DNA of 64,000 nucleotides from a virus (Duplodnaviria > Caudoviricetes): positions 1,154 through 65,153 of IMG/VR virus record IMGVR_UViG_3300035670_000193. One strand, written 5' to 3'. The first letter of the stretch is position 1. Each line of letters begins with the position of its first letter. The translations under genes and the position numbers were made by a program. The notes under the pieces are model-generated. The model was given only the letters and a program-made list of their open reading frames with translations. It made no database searches and was not told where the DNA came from. Positions 53,535 through 60,149 of this stretch are shown here, piece after piece.

Positions 53535-54575
53535 ATGGAGTTTTTGAAACTTATGGATGGTCTTGGCTATCTGTGGATGATTTTTTTCATAATGATAACT
53601 GCTGGACTAGCAAAAGAATATAGTCTTTTTGCCCCAGCGTTCTCTTACGTAAGAAATACATTCCGTTCAAATAAGTTTGTTGTTGTTTTATTAAGTGCAA
53701 TCGGTGGTGTATTACCAATTGAAGGTCGAGTAACTGTATCTGCTGGACTTTTAGATACAGTAGCACCGAAATCTGGTCATGGTCGTGAAAAGATGGGAAT
53801 AGTTGACTATCTTTCTACACACCACTATTATATGTGGTCACCACTTGAAAAAACTGTAATTCTACCTATTGCAGCTTTTGGTCTTACCTATGCAACATTC
53901 ATAGGTATGATTGCACCATTACTGGTGGTTAGTTTATTGTTCATCGGATACTACATCTGGTCTCAAGTAAAAGATGAAGAACTAAACATAGCACCAACAA
54001 ACTTCAAAATGAGTAGTGTCATACGTAATATCTTTCCGATGTTTATAGCATTGGGAACATATGTTGCGGTTGGCGGACACTCAAACGTCTTTACAATTTT
54101 TGGACTGTTAGCACTTTATTATATTTTCTTGACTCAACAATGGAACTATAAAAAGTTATTATCTTACATTAATTGGGAAGTGTTAATTACAGTTGCAATT
54201 GTCATTGTATTAGGAAATTTCTTCAAGTCTTATGGTAATGAATACACAGAACTAATCAAGTCTGTTGGTTTAGACCCAACAACTTTCTTTGGTATGTTAT
54301 TCATTTCTATACTAGGGTTTGTGGCAAGTTTCTTAATGGGCAGTTCTGGTAAATTTATTGCCCTTGCGGTAATAATGGCACAAGTTTTTGGTATTGAATA
54401 CTTTTTATGGTTCTTTGCCGTTGACTATGCTGGCTATCTACTAAGTCCAATGCACAAATGTGTGATGGTAGGAAATAGATATTTTGGTACACCACTCTCT
54501 ACCTACTATAAGGCACTTGGTGGTTGGGCAATTATTTTATTAATTACCGCTGGATTATTGACTTTTGCATTATAA
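53535..54575 (+). CDS. Polytopic membrane protein, putative transporter
   Basis: About 9-10 hydrophobic segments; AAGGAG RBS. Confidence 0.65.
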   Translation: MEFLKLMDGLGYLWMIFFIMITAGLAKEYSLFAPAFSYVRNTFRSNKFVVVLLSAIGGVLPIEGRVTVSAGLLDTVAPKSGHGREKMGIVDYLSTHHYYMWSPLEKTVILPIAAFGLTYATFIGMIAPLLVVSLLFIGYYIWSQVKDEELNIAPTNFKMSSVIRNIFPMFIALGTYVAVGGHSNVFTIFGLLALYYIFLTQQWNYKKLLSYINWEVLITVAIVIVLGNFFKSYGNEYTELIKSVGLDPTTFFGMLFISILGFVASFLMGSSGKFIALAVIMAQVFGIEYFLWFFAVDYAGYLLSPMHKCVMVGNRYFGTPLSTYYKALGGWAIILLITAGLLTFAL

Positions 54576-54588
54576 ACCTGTATAAATA
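54558..54588 (+). promoter_or_regulatory. Overlapping sigma70-like (TTGACT-17-TATAAA) and late (TATAAATA) promoter
   Basis: Both consensus elements precede the phasin-like/Hsp20 block; a GC-rich hairpin follows at 54590-54620. Confidence 0.5.
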
Positions 54589-54653
54589 TAGATGTGGTTG
54601 CCCATGTTGGGAGCCACATCTTTTGACTAACTCGCTTAACTAAGGAGAAAACC

Positions 54654-54869
54654 ATGTTAGCATACGCAAATGCGGCTATTGACGCCGTTCAAAATATCAA
54701 ATCCCAAGCAATTTCAACAATCGTTAAAGATGAAACTTTTGCAACTCCATTGCAATCTTTCGTTGATGCACAAACCTCTTTTGCAAAAACAGCAACAAAA
54801 TCCGTTTATGAATTTGTTGATGCTGTAAGCAAATTTGACTATGCTTCTTTAGCAAAAGTCTCTAAGTAA
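54654..54869 (+). CDS. Small alanine-rich helical protein, phasin-like
   Basis: IDAVQ..K..FVDAQT.FAK pattern; TAAGGAG RBS. Confidence 0.5.
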   Translation: MLAYANAAIDAVQNIKSQAISTIVKDETFATPLQSFVDAQTSFAKTATKSVYEFVDAVSKFDYASLAKVSK

Positions 54870-54882
54870 TAGGAGGTTCATT

Positions 54883-55383
54883 ATGACATTACAACTCGCT
54901 CCATGGGGTAATAGTGCTTCTTTAAAAGATTTGGACAAATTTTTTGTGGGTTTTGATGACCAATGGACTCGTCTTGCAAAGTTCCACGATGAACTGACCA
55001 AGAATGTTCCAAACTATCCTCCATACAACATTCGAAAGACAGACGAAAACAACTATACCATTGAATTGGCTGTGGCTGGTTTTACAAAGTCTAACATCGA
55101 CATTTCAATTGAAAATGATAAATTGATTGTTAAAGGATTCATGCGTGACGACCTTGATGGTGAACCTGAAGATTTTCTTTTCAAAGGTATTGCCAATCGT
55201 GCGTTCACACGTATGTTTGCTTTGAGTGACCAGATTGAAGTACATAATGCGGAACTTGTAAATGGAATGCTTCGTATCTTTTTAGAGAGAATTATTCCTG
55301 AACACAAGAAACCACGAAAAATTGAAGTAAGTGATGTAATCGAAACGACACCAAAAAAAGTTGCCAAAAATGAAGTTTCTTAA
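54883..55383 (+). CDS. Small heat shock protein (IbpA-like Hsp20)
   Basis: NYPPYNI, IELAVAGF, KGIANRAFTR.F.L, NGML.I.L.R.IPE.KKPRKI. Confidence 0.92.
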   Translation: MTLQLAPWGNSASLKDLDKFFVGFDDQWTRLAKFHDELTKNVPNYPPYNIRKTDENNYTIELAVAGFTKSNIDISIENDKLIVKGFMRDDLDGEPEDFLFKGIANRAFTRMFALSDQIEVHNAELVNGMLRIFLERIIPEHKKPRKIEVSDVIETTPKKVAKNEVS

Positions 55384-55513
55384 TAAAGTTTGGAACTATT
55401 TGGTGGAATTTACTGATGAATTTGCGAGAGCAAGAGCTGCAACCGAATTGGCTCGTAGAGGTTTATACAAACAAGCCAATTGCCTTATGACGCAAAAATC
55501 AGATAAAAAATAA
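55370..55513 (+). CDS. Small 47-aa ORF missing from the ORF track
   Basis: ATG overlapping the end of hsp20 (MKFLNKVWNYLVEF...ARAATELARRG); followed by a hairpin at about 55525-55552. Confidence 0.5.
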   Translation: MKFLNKVWNYLVEFTDEFARARAATELARRGLYKQANCLMTQKSDKK

Positions 55514-55574
55514 GTGGCAATAATACTAGGGGGTGGTTGCCATCTCCTAGTAACTCATGTACAATCTTTATATT

Positions 55575-55787
55575 ATGAAAAAATCTAAATCAAACAAATC
55601 ATTTCTGCGGATGAGGAACAAACTCAACCAGGATGTTTACTATACTTTCTCAGAATGGGAATCTAAATTTATTGATGATGTGGAATTTATTTACGTTGTC
55701 AAAAATATTGGTATTAAAGAAACTCCAAAATTGATGCGTAAAGAAAATTTAGAAAGGGTGAAAGATGAAAAAAAAGTATTTGGTTGA
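55575..55787 (+). CDS. Hypothetical protein
   Basis: Intact ORF overlapping the next gene start. Confidence 0.5.
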   Translation: MKKSKSNKSFLRMRNKLNQDVYYTFSEWESKFIDDVEFIYVVKNIGIKETPKLMRKENLERVKDEKKVFG

Positions 55788-56049
55788 AACTGTTTCAATT
55801 TTTCGTATGCGTTACGTTGTTGAAGCAAAAGAAAAAGAACACGCAATGGATGAAGTAGTTTGTTCTTTAGGTGATACTGAATTCAAAGAATTTTCACAAT
55901 CTCATGTTGATGAGTGTATTACTTCTACCAGAGAACTGACGGATGAAGAATATTTCAAAGTCTTTGATGAAGATAATGATTATCTGAAATCTTGGACTGA
56001 TGAACAGAAGTTAAGTTTTGTGAACAAAATTAATTATGATACACAATAG
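55765..56049 (+). CDS. Hypothetical protein
   Basis: YLVETVS.FRMRYVVEA..EFSQ.H..E..FD.DNDYL pattern; translationally coupled. Confidence 0.6.
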   Translation: MKKKYLVETVSIFRMRYVVEAKEKEHAMDEVVCSLGDTEFKEFSQSHVDECITSTRELTDEEYFKVFDEDNDYLKSWTDEQKLSFVNKINYDTQ

Positions 56050-56434
56050 GATTATATTTGTAAACGGAACTTTCGATATACTCCATGTGGGTCACATTAA
56101 ACTCCTAAATTTTGCAAAAAGTTTAGGAGATTATCTTTTGGTTGGTATTGATTCTGATGAAAGAGTGAAAAAATTAAAAGGTAATAATAGACCAATAAAC
56201 AACCAATACGAAAGAAAGTTTCTATTAGAAAATTTAAAATCGGTGGATGAAGTTTCTGTTTTCAATAATGATTCTGAATTGTTGAACTTGATTGAAAAAT
56301 CCAATTTAATGGTCAAAGGTTCTGATTACATCGGTTGTGAAATTATTGGTGCAGATAAAATTGAAATAGAATTTTTTGGAAGAATCGATGATTACTCAAC
56401 AACTCAGAAGATTAAAGATATTATTAGTCGGTGA
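56036..56434 (+). CDS. Cytidylyltransferase-like; HldE/RfaE domain II (ADP-heptose synthase)
   Basis: NGTFDILHVGH (HIGH), DSDERVKKLKG..RPIN, VKGSDY, YSTT. Confidence 0.8.
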   Translation: MIHNRIIFVNGTFDILHVGHIKLLNFAKSLGDYLLVGIDSDERVKKLKGNNRPINNQYERKFLLENLKSVDEVSVFNNDSELLNLIEKSNLMVKGSDYIGCEIIGADKIEIEFFGRIDDYSTTQKIKDIISR

Positions 56435-57140
56435 TGATTGTTTAGATGTGTACCAATATGGTACTGTTGAACGAATCAGTCCTGAAGCTCCTGTTCCCAT
56501 TTTAAAACGTTCTCATACAGAAAAACTTCCAGGTATGGCAGGTAACGTGTATGAGAATTTAACTAAATTGGGTTGTAATGTTTTTTATGTTCACAATGAA
56601 ACTTCCACAAAAACAAGAATAATTGATATTAAATCAAAACAACACATTGTTCGTATCGATGAAGATTTTAAATGCACCCCTTTAACTTTCAATGATGTTA
56701 ATACTTATAACATTGATGCTATAGTTGTTTCTGATTATGATAAAGGTACTATAACGTATGACTTTGTTAAAGAATTAAGAAAAAGATTTGATGGTCCAAT
56801 CTTTGTTGATACAAAGAAAAAAGATTTAAAAGAATTTGAAGGATGCATTGTAAAAATTAATTCGAAAGAATATCGTGAAGCAAAAACTCTTTGTTCAAAT
56901 TTAATTATAACTCTCGGTGAAAAAGGTGCAATTTACAAAGGTAAAAATTATCCAGCTCATCTTGTAAGAGTTGCTGATGTTTGTGGTGCTGGAGATACTT
57001 TTTTGTCATCACTTGTCTATAAGTATTTGTTAACAAAAAATATGGATGATTCAATAGAATTTTCCTTAAAAGCTTCAGCAATTACTGTACAACATACTGG
57101 TGTGTATGCACCATCAATGGAGGAAATAAATGCGACTTGA
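56388..57140 (+). CDS. PfkB sugar kinase; HldE/RfaE domain I (heptose-7-phosphate kinase-like)
   Basis: LVGD.CLD.Y.YG.VERISPEAPVP, SDYDKG, DVCGAGDTF. Confidence 0.82.
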   Translation: MITQQLRRLKILLVGDDCLDVYQYGTVERISPEAPVPILKRSHTEKLPGMAGNVYENLTKLGCNVFYVHNETSTKTRIIDIKSKQHIVRIDEDFKCTPLTFNDVNTYNIDAIVVSDYDKGTITYDFVKELRKRFDGPIFVDTKKKDLKEFEGCIVKINSKEYREAKTLCSNLIITLGEKGAIYKGKNYPAHLVRVADVCGAGDTFLSSLVYKYLLTKNMDDSIEFSLKASAITVQHTGVYAPSMEEINAT

Positions 57141-57486
57141 AGGTAATGTTAAAAAAGGTTGGGGTAGCGAATACATTTTTGCGACCAATGACAAGTATTG
57201 TGGTAAGTTTATGAATTTCCATGAAGGCGCTAAATTCTCCATGCACTTTCATTCCGAAAAAGATGAGACATGGTATGTACTAAAAGGAAAATTTATCGTA
57301 AAATATATCGATACAAAAAATGCAGAAATACAAGATAAAGAATTAAATACTGGTGATGTTTGGCACAACCCACCTTTGTTACCACACCAATTAATATGTG
57401 TCGAACAAGGTACTATTATTGAAGTGTCAACACCAGATTCCGTTGAAGACAATTATAGAGTGATGCCTGGAGATTCACAAAAATGA
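57130..57486 (+). CDS. Cupin (mannose-6-phosphate isomerase-like)
   Basis: KGWG.E, SMHFH..KDETW, HQL, EVSTPD. Confidence 0.75.
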   Translation: MRLEGNVKKGWGSEYIFATNDKYCGKFMNFHEGAKFSMHFHSEKDETWYVLKGKFIVKYIDTKNAEIQDKELNTGDVWHNPPLLPHQLICVEQGTIIEVSTPDSVEDNYRVMPGDSQK

Positions 57487-57977
57487 AACAAAAGTTTGTT
57501 GATGCATATATGGATGTGGCAGAAAGGTTTGCCAAATTGTCTAGTGCAAAACGGTTACAAGTTGGTGCCATCATTGTCAAAGATGACCGAATTATTTCAA
57601 TTGGATACAATGGTATGCCTTCTGGTTGGACCAATGATTGTGAGGAAACCGAGTTCGTTTTGAATAGTGAAATCTACCAAACTCCAGAAGAGATGGAGAA
57701 AATGGGTTATCAGAGAACCGATAAAGGTAATTGGCATAAAAGCAGAACTAAACCAGAAGTCATCCATGCTGAAGCTAATGCTATCGCTAAGCTGGCCAAA
57801 GGGAGTGAGTCTGGAGATGGTTCCGTAATGTTCCTAACTCATTCTCCATGCATAGAATGTGCAAAACAGATATATACAGCTGGAATAAAGAAAGTTTACT
57901 TTAAGAACCACTACCGAAATACTCAAGGAATTAACTTTTTGGAAAAATGTAACGTGGAAGTGGTTGAATATGAGTAG
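57483..57977 (+). CDS. dCMP deaminase
   Basis: VGAIIV, GYNG, HAEANA, PCIECAK. Confidence 0.9.
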   Translation: MKQKFVDAYMDVAERFAKLSSAKRLQVGAIIVKDDRIISIGYNGMPSGWTNDCEETEFVLNSEIYQTPEEMEKMGYQRTDKGNWHKSRTKPEVIHAEANAIAKLAKGSESGDGSVMFLTHSPCIECAKQIYTAGIKKVYFKNHYRNTQGINFLEKCNVEVVEYE

Positions 57978-58326
57978 TTGGGGTTACCACTTAGTCATCG
58001 ATGCCAAAGGTTGTGATACCACTTTAGTCAAAAATTGTGAGTATATACAAACTTTTGTGTCTGAAATGGTAGAAAAAATCAAAATGGTACCATATGGTGA
58101 CCCAATTTTGGCACATTTTGGTCCAGAGCCTTGTAATACCGGATGGACCGTGATACAATTAATTGAAACATCTAGTATTGTTGGCCATTTTATGGATGAA
58201 AGTGGTGACCTTTATCTGGATGTTTTTAGTTGTAAAGAATTTGATAAAAACATAGTTATTGAGTTTTTAAAGAAAAGCTTTAAACCGAAAAAAGTGAAGA
58301 GTAAATTTATCAAAAGGCAAGCATAA
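57970..58326 (+). CDS. speD: S-adenosylmethionine decarboxylase-like protein
   Basis: G.HL..D..GC, QLIETSS (cleavage site region), YLDVFSCK.F. Confidence 0.75.
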   Translation: MSSWGYHLVIDAKGCDTTLVKNCEYIQTFVSEMVEKIKMVPYGDPILAHFGPEPCNTGWTVIQLIETSSIVGHFMDESGDLYLDVFSCKEFDKNIVIEFLKKSFKPKKVKSKFIKRQA

Positions 58327-58346
58327 CTTTTTAAGAGGAAGTAAAA

Positions 58347-58844
58347 ATGAAGTTAAGCATAACTAAGTGTCCAGATAAAAAACTTTTTCGACCTTTTGTA
58401 AAAAGAGCTGCGTTATTTTTTGCTCAAGAATTGATGACTCCAAAAATGTTGGAGAATATTTCAGTATCAATTAAATTTGATAAAAATTTAAATGCCTTTG
58501 GATATGCTGGAATTTTAGATTATAATGACAGCAATAAACCAAGAGAATTTGAAATTGAATTGCATCCAGGAATTGGAGCGCATGATATTTTAGAAACTTT
58601 AGCGCATGAAATGGTTCACGTGAAACAATATGCATATAGCGATTTAAACGAAGCGTGTACTAGATGGCGTGGCAAAAAAGTCGAAAATATGGACTATTAC
58701 GATGAACCTTGGGAAATTGAAGCAAATGGTATATCGTTTAGTTTGTTACAAAAATTTGCAGCAAAAGAAAAACTTTGGGAAGTATTTGAAGATTTTCAAA
58801 ATCCAAACAGAGTTATAGAAAATGAACCTATAAAATGGTTATAA
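58347..58844 (+). CDS. HExxH zinc metallopeptidase-like protein
   Basis: LAHEMVHVKQ...PWEIEA. Confidence 0.75.
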   Translation: MKLSITKCPDKKLFRPFVKRAALFFAQELMTPKMLENISVSIKFDKNLNAFGYAGILDYNDSNKPREFEIELHPGIGAHDILETLAHEMVHVKQYAYSDLNEACTRWRGKKVENMDYYDEPWEIEANGISFSLLQKFAAKEKLWEVFEDFQNPNRVIENEPIKWL

Positions 58845-58873
58845 AAAAACAACTGGTATAAGAAAAATTGAGG

Positions 58874-58893
58874 TGTTGTAAAAAAACAACACT
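58874..58893. repeat. Palindromic operator-like motif TGTTG-N8-CAACA, copy 1
   Basis: Exact 20-bp reverse complement of 60071-60090; both copies lie just upstream of TTGACA boxes. Confidence 0.7.
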
Positions 58894-58907
58894 ACGTTAA
58901 AAAAAGC

Positions 58908-58936
58908 TTGACAAATTTTGGATATATAAGTACAAT
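58908..58936 (+). promoter_or_regulatory. sigma70 promoter P1 of the tRNA array
   Basis: TTGACA, 17 nt, TACAAT. Confidence 0.8.
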
Positions 58937-58967
58937 CGTTTCATTAAATAATTTTTGGAGATTTAAA

Positions 58968-59084
58968 GTGTTTACCCGTTTACAACTCATATCGACACAT
59001 AAGCAGTCTAGTGATTATCGCACATTTATTTGTGGCGAGAATACACCAGCGCTATGGCTTGGCGAAGGGTTTTGTAAAGGATAA
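58968..59084 (+). CDS. Putative 38-aa attenuator leader peptide of the tRNA array
   Basis: GGAG RBS at 58957-58960, GTG start, MFTRLQLISTHKQSSDYRTFICGENTPALWLGEGFCKG, TAA stop; 32 distinct codons in 38. Confidence 0.65.
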   Translation: MFTRLQLISTHKQSSDYRTFICGENTPALWLGEGFCKG

Positions 59085-59110
59085 AATGTAACAAAAATTA
59101 GAATCCAAAC

Positions 59111-59150
59111 ACAAAACCCTAGACCTAAAAAATCTAGGGTTTTTTGTTTT
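59111..59150 (+). terminator. Intrinsic terminator (attenuator) upstream of the tRNA array
   Basis: aaaaccctaga/tctagggtttt stem with a U-tract; its 5' arm is also complementary to 59066-59075. Confidence 0.8.
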
Positions 59151-59158
59151 GGTTTTAC

Positions 59159-59170
59159 TGCTCTTTAAAA
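59159..59170 (+). promoter_or_regulatory. boxA-like antitermination site
   Basis: TGCTCTTTAAAA versus the rrn boxA consensus TGCTCTTTAACA. Confidence 0.65.
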
Positions 59171-59187
59171 ATTAGGTGTTGTTTTGT

Positions 59188-59220
59188 GGGGGTGTGGTGT
59201 ATCGGCTAGCACCCCTTCCA
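59188..59220 (+). pseudogene. tRNA remnant / minihelix ending in UCCA
   Basis: GGGGGTG...CACCCCT-TCCA acceptor-like stem with a D-arm-like insert; no anticodon or T arm. Confidence 0.45.
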
Positions 59221-59222
59221 TT

Positions 59223-59313
59223 CCTTGGATAGTTTAATGGTAAAACAGCGGGCTTATACCCCGTAGCGACAGATAATCGGCTGATATAGGTTCGAATCCT
59301 ATTCCAAGGACCA
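59223..59313 (+). tRNA. tRNA-Ile(TAT) with long variable arm
   Basis: ccttgga/tccaagg acceptor, gcggg-cttatac-cccgt, ~21-nt variable region, TTCGAAT, ACCA. Confidence 0.8.
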
Positions 59314-59385
59314 TATTAAAGCATATTCACTTGTCTCAAGGAGACAGGTTTAGATTCTCAAGGAGTTTCTGAATATGCTTTAATA
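59314..59385 (+). ncRNA. Long-stem spacer element 1 (candidate structured RNA)
   Basis: 16-bp perfect terminal inverted repeat tattaaagcatattca/tgaatatgctttaata enclosing two ctc-aag-gag hairpins. Confidence 0.5.
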
Positions 59386-59393
59386 CGGTCAAT

Positions 59394-59467
59394 GTTGTTC
59401 CTAGTGTAGTGGTCGCACACCTGTCTGTGAAACAGGTAGAGAGGGTTCGATTCCCCGGTTCAACCCA
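59394..59467 (+). tRNA. tRNA-His(GTG)
   Basis: G-1:C73, cctgt-ctgtgaa-acagg, TTCGATT, CCA; two U-U mismatches in the acceptor stem. Confidence 0.8.
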
Positions 59468-59468
59468 T

Positions 59469-59544
59469 GCAACTCTAGCTGATGTGGTCATAGCGGTGGT
59501 CTGAAGAGCCATTGAAACAGGTTCGATTCCTGTGGGTTGCACCA
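59469..59544 (+). tRNA. tRNA-Phe(GAA)
   Basis: Cloverleaf with gtggt-ctgaaga-gccat; ACCA. Confidence 0.88.
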
Positions 59545-59546
59545 AT

Positions 59547-59621
59547 GCCGGGATAGCTCAGAGGCAGAGCACCGTCTTGATAAGGCGGGGGTCGAGATTT
59601 CAAAATTCTCTCCTGGTACCA
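59547..59621 (+). tRNA. tRNA-Ile(GAT)
   Basis: ccgtc-ttgataa-ggcgg; atypical T arm gagat-ttcaaaa-ttctc; ACCA. Confidence 0.8.
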
Positions 59622-59627
59622 AGTTTT

Positions 59628-59710
59628 GCGGAGGTGGTGTAAAGGTAGCCACGATAGTCTTAGAAACTATTGCCAAAAGCGTGTGAGTTCGATTCTCACC
59701 CTCCGCACCA
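59628..59710 (+). tRNA. tRNA-Leu(TAG)
   Basis: atagt-cttagaa-actat, variable arm, ACCA. Confidence 0.88.
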
Positions 59711-59723
59711 GAACCAAAAATAA

Positions 59724-59811
59724 GGAAGTGTGGTCGAGTGGTCTATGGCGCTAGTCTTGAAAACTAGAGGCTCGAAAGGGTCCGTGAGTTCGAATCTCAC
59801 CGCTTCCGCCA
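59724..59811 (+). tRNA. tRNA-Ser(TGA)
   Basis: ctagt-cttgaaa-actag, long variable arm, GCCA. Confidence 0.9.
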
Positions 59812-59817
59812 AATTAT

Positions 59818-59904
59818 GGAGAGTTGACAGAGTGGTAATGTAGCGGATTGCTAATCCGTCGTTTCGAAAGAGGCGCATAGGTTCGAATCCTATACTCTCC
59901 GCCA
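59818..59904 (+). tRNA. tRNA-Ser(GCT)
   Basis: gcgga-ttgctaa-tccgt, long variable arm, GCCA. Confidence 0.9.
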
Positions 59905-59909
59905 AATGT

Positions 59910-59984
59910 ATCTCGCTGGTGTTAACGGCAGCATAGCGGTCTCCAAAACCGAAGGACGGGGTTCGAATCCCTGGCGGGGTGCCA
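59910..59984 (+). tRNA. tRNA-Trp(CCA)
   Basis: cggt-ctccaaa-accg, TTCGAAT, GCCA. Confidence 0.85.
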
Positions 59985-59991
59985 ATTTAAT

Positions 59992-60069
59992 GCATACGTG
60001 GCAGAGTGGTCAAATGCAACAGTCTGCAAAACTGTAAAGTCGCTGGTTCGAATCCAGCCGTATGCTCCA
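59992..60069 (+). tRNA. tRNA-Cys(GCA)
   Basis: acagt-ctgcaaa-actgt, U73, CCA. Confidence 0.9.
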
Positions 60070-60070
60070 G

Positions 60071-60090
60071 AGTGTTGTTTTTTTACAACA
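60071..60090. repeat. Palindromic operator-like motif, copy 2
   Basis: Reverse complement of 58874-58893. Confidence 0.7.
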
Positions 60091-60097
60091 GTACCGC

Positions 60098-60144
60098 TTG
60101 ACAAATTAATGTGGTACTGTTATGATTATATTTGTTCTTTAAAA
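60098..60144 (+). promoter_or_regulatory. Internal sigma70 promoter P2 of the tRNA array plus boxA-like site
   Basis: TTGACA-17-TATGAT (60098-60126); TGTTCTTTAAAA at 60133-60144. Confidence 0.75.
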
Positions 60145-60149
60145 ACGTA

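Noticed and set aside
56376-56434. Programmed frameshift fusing the two HldE halves
   Set aside because: An in-frame ATG at 56388 explains the overlap, and the domain order is opposite to the known fusion.
293-57634. Numerous short minus-strand and nested ORFs within structural and replication genes
   Set aside because: They overlap well-supported + strand genes and have no recognisable motifs; they are expected from codon bias.
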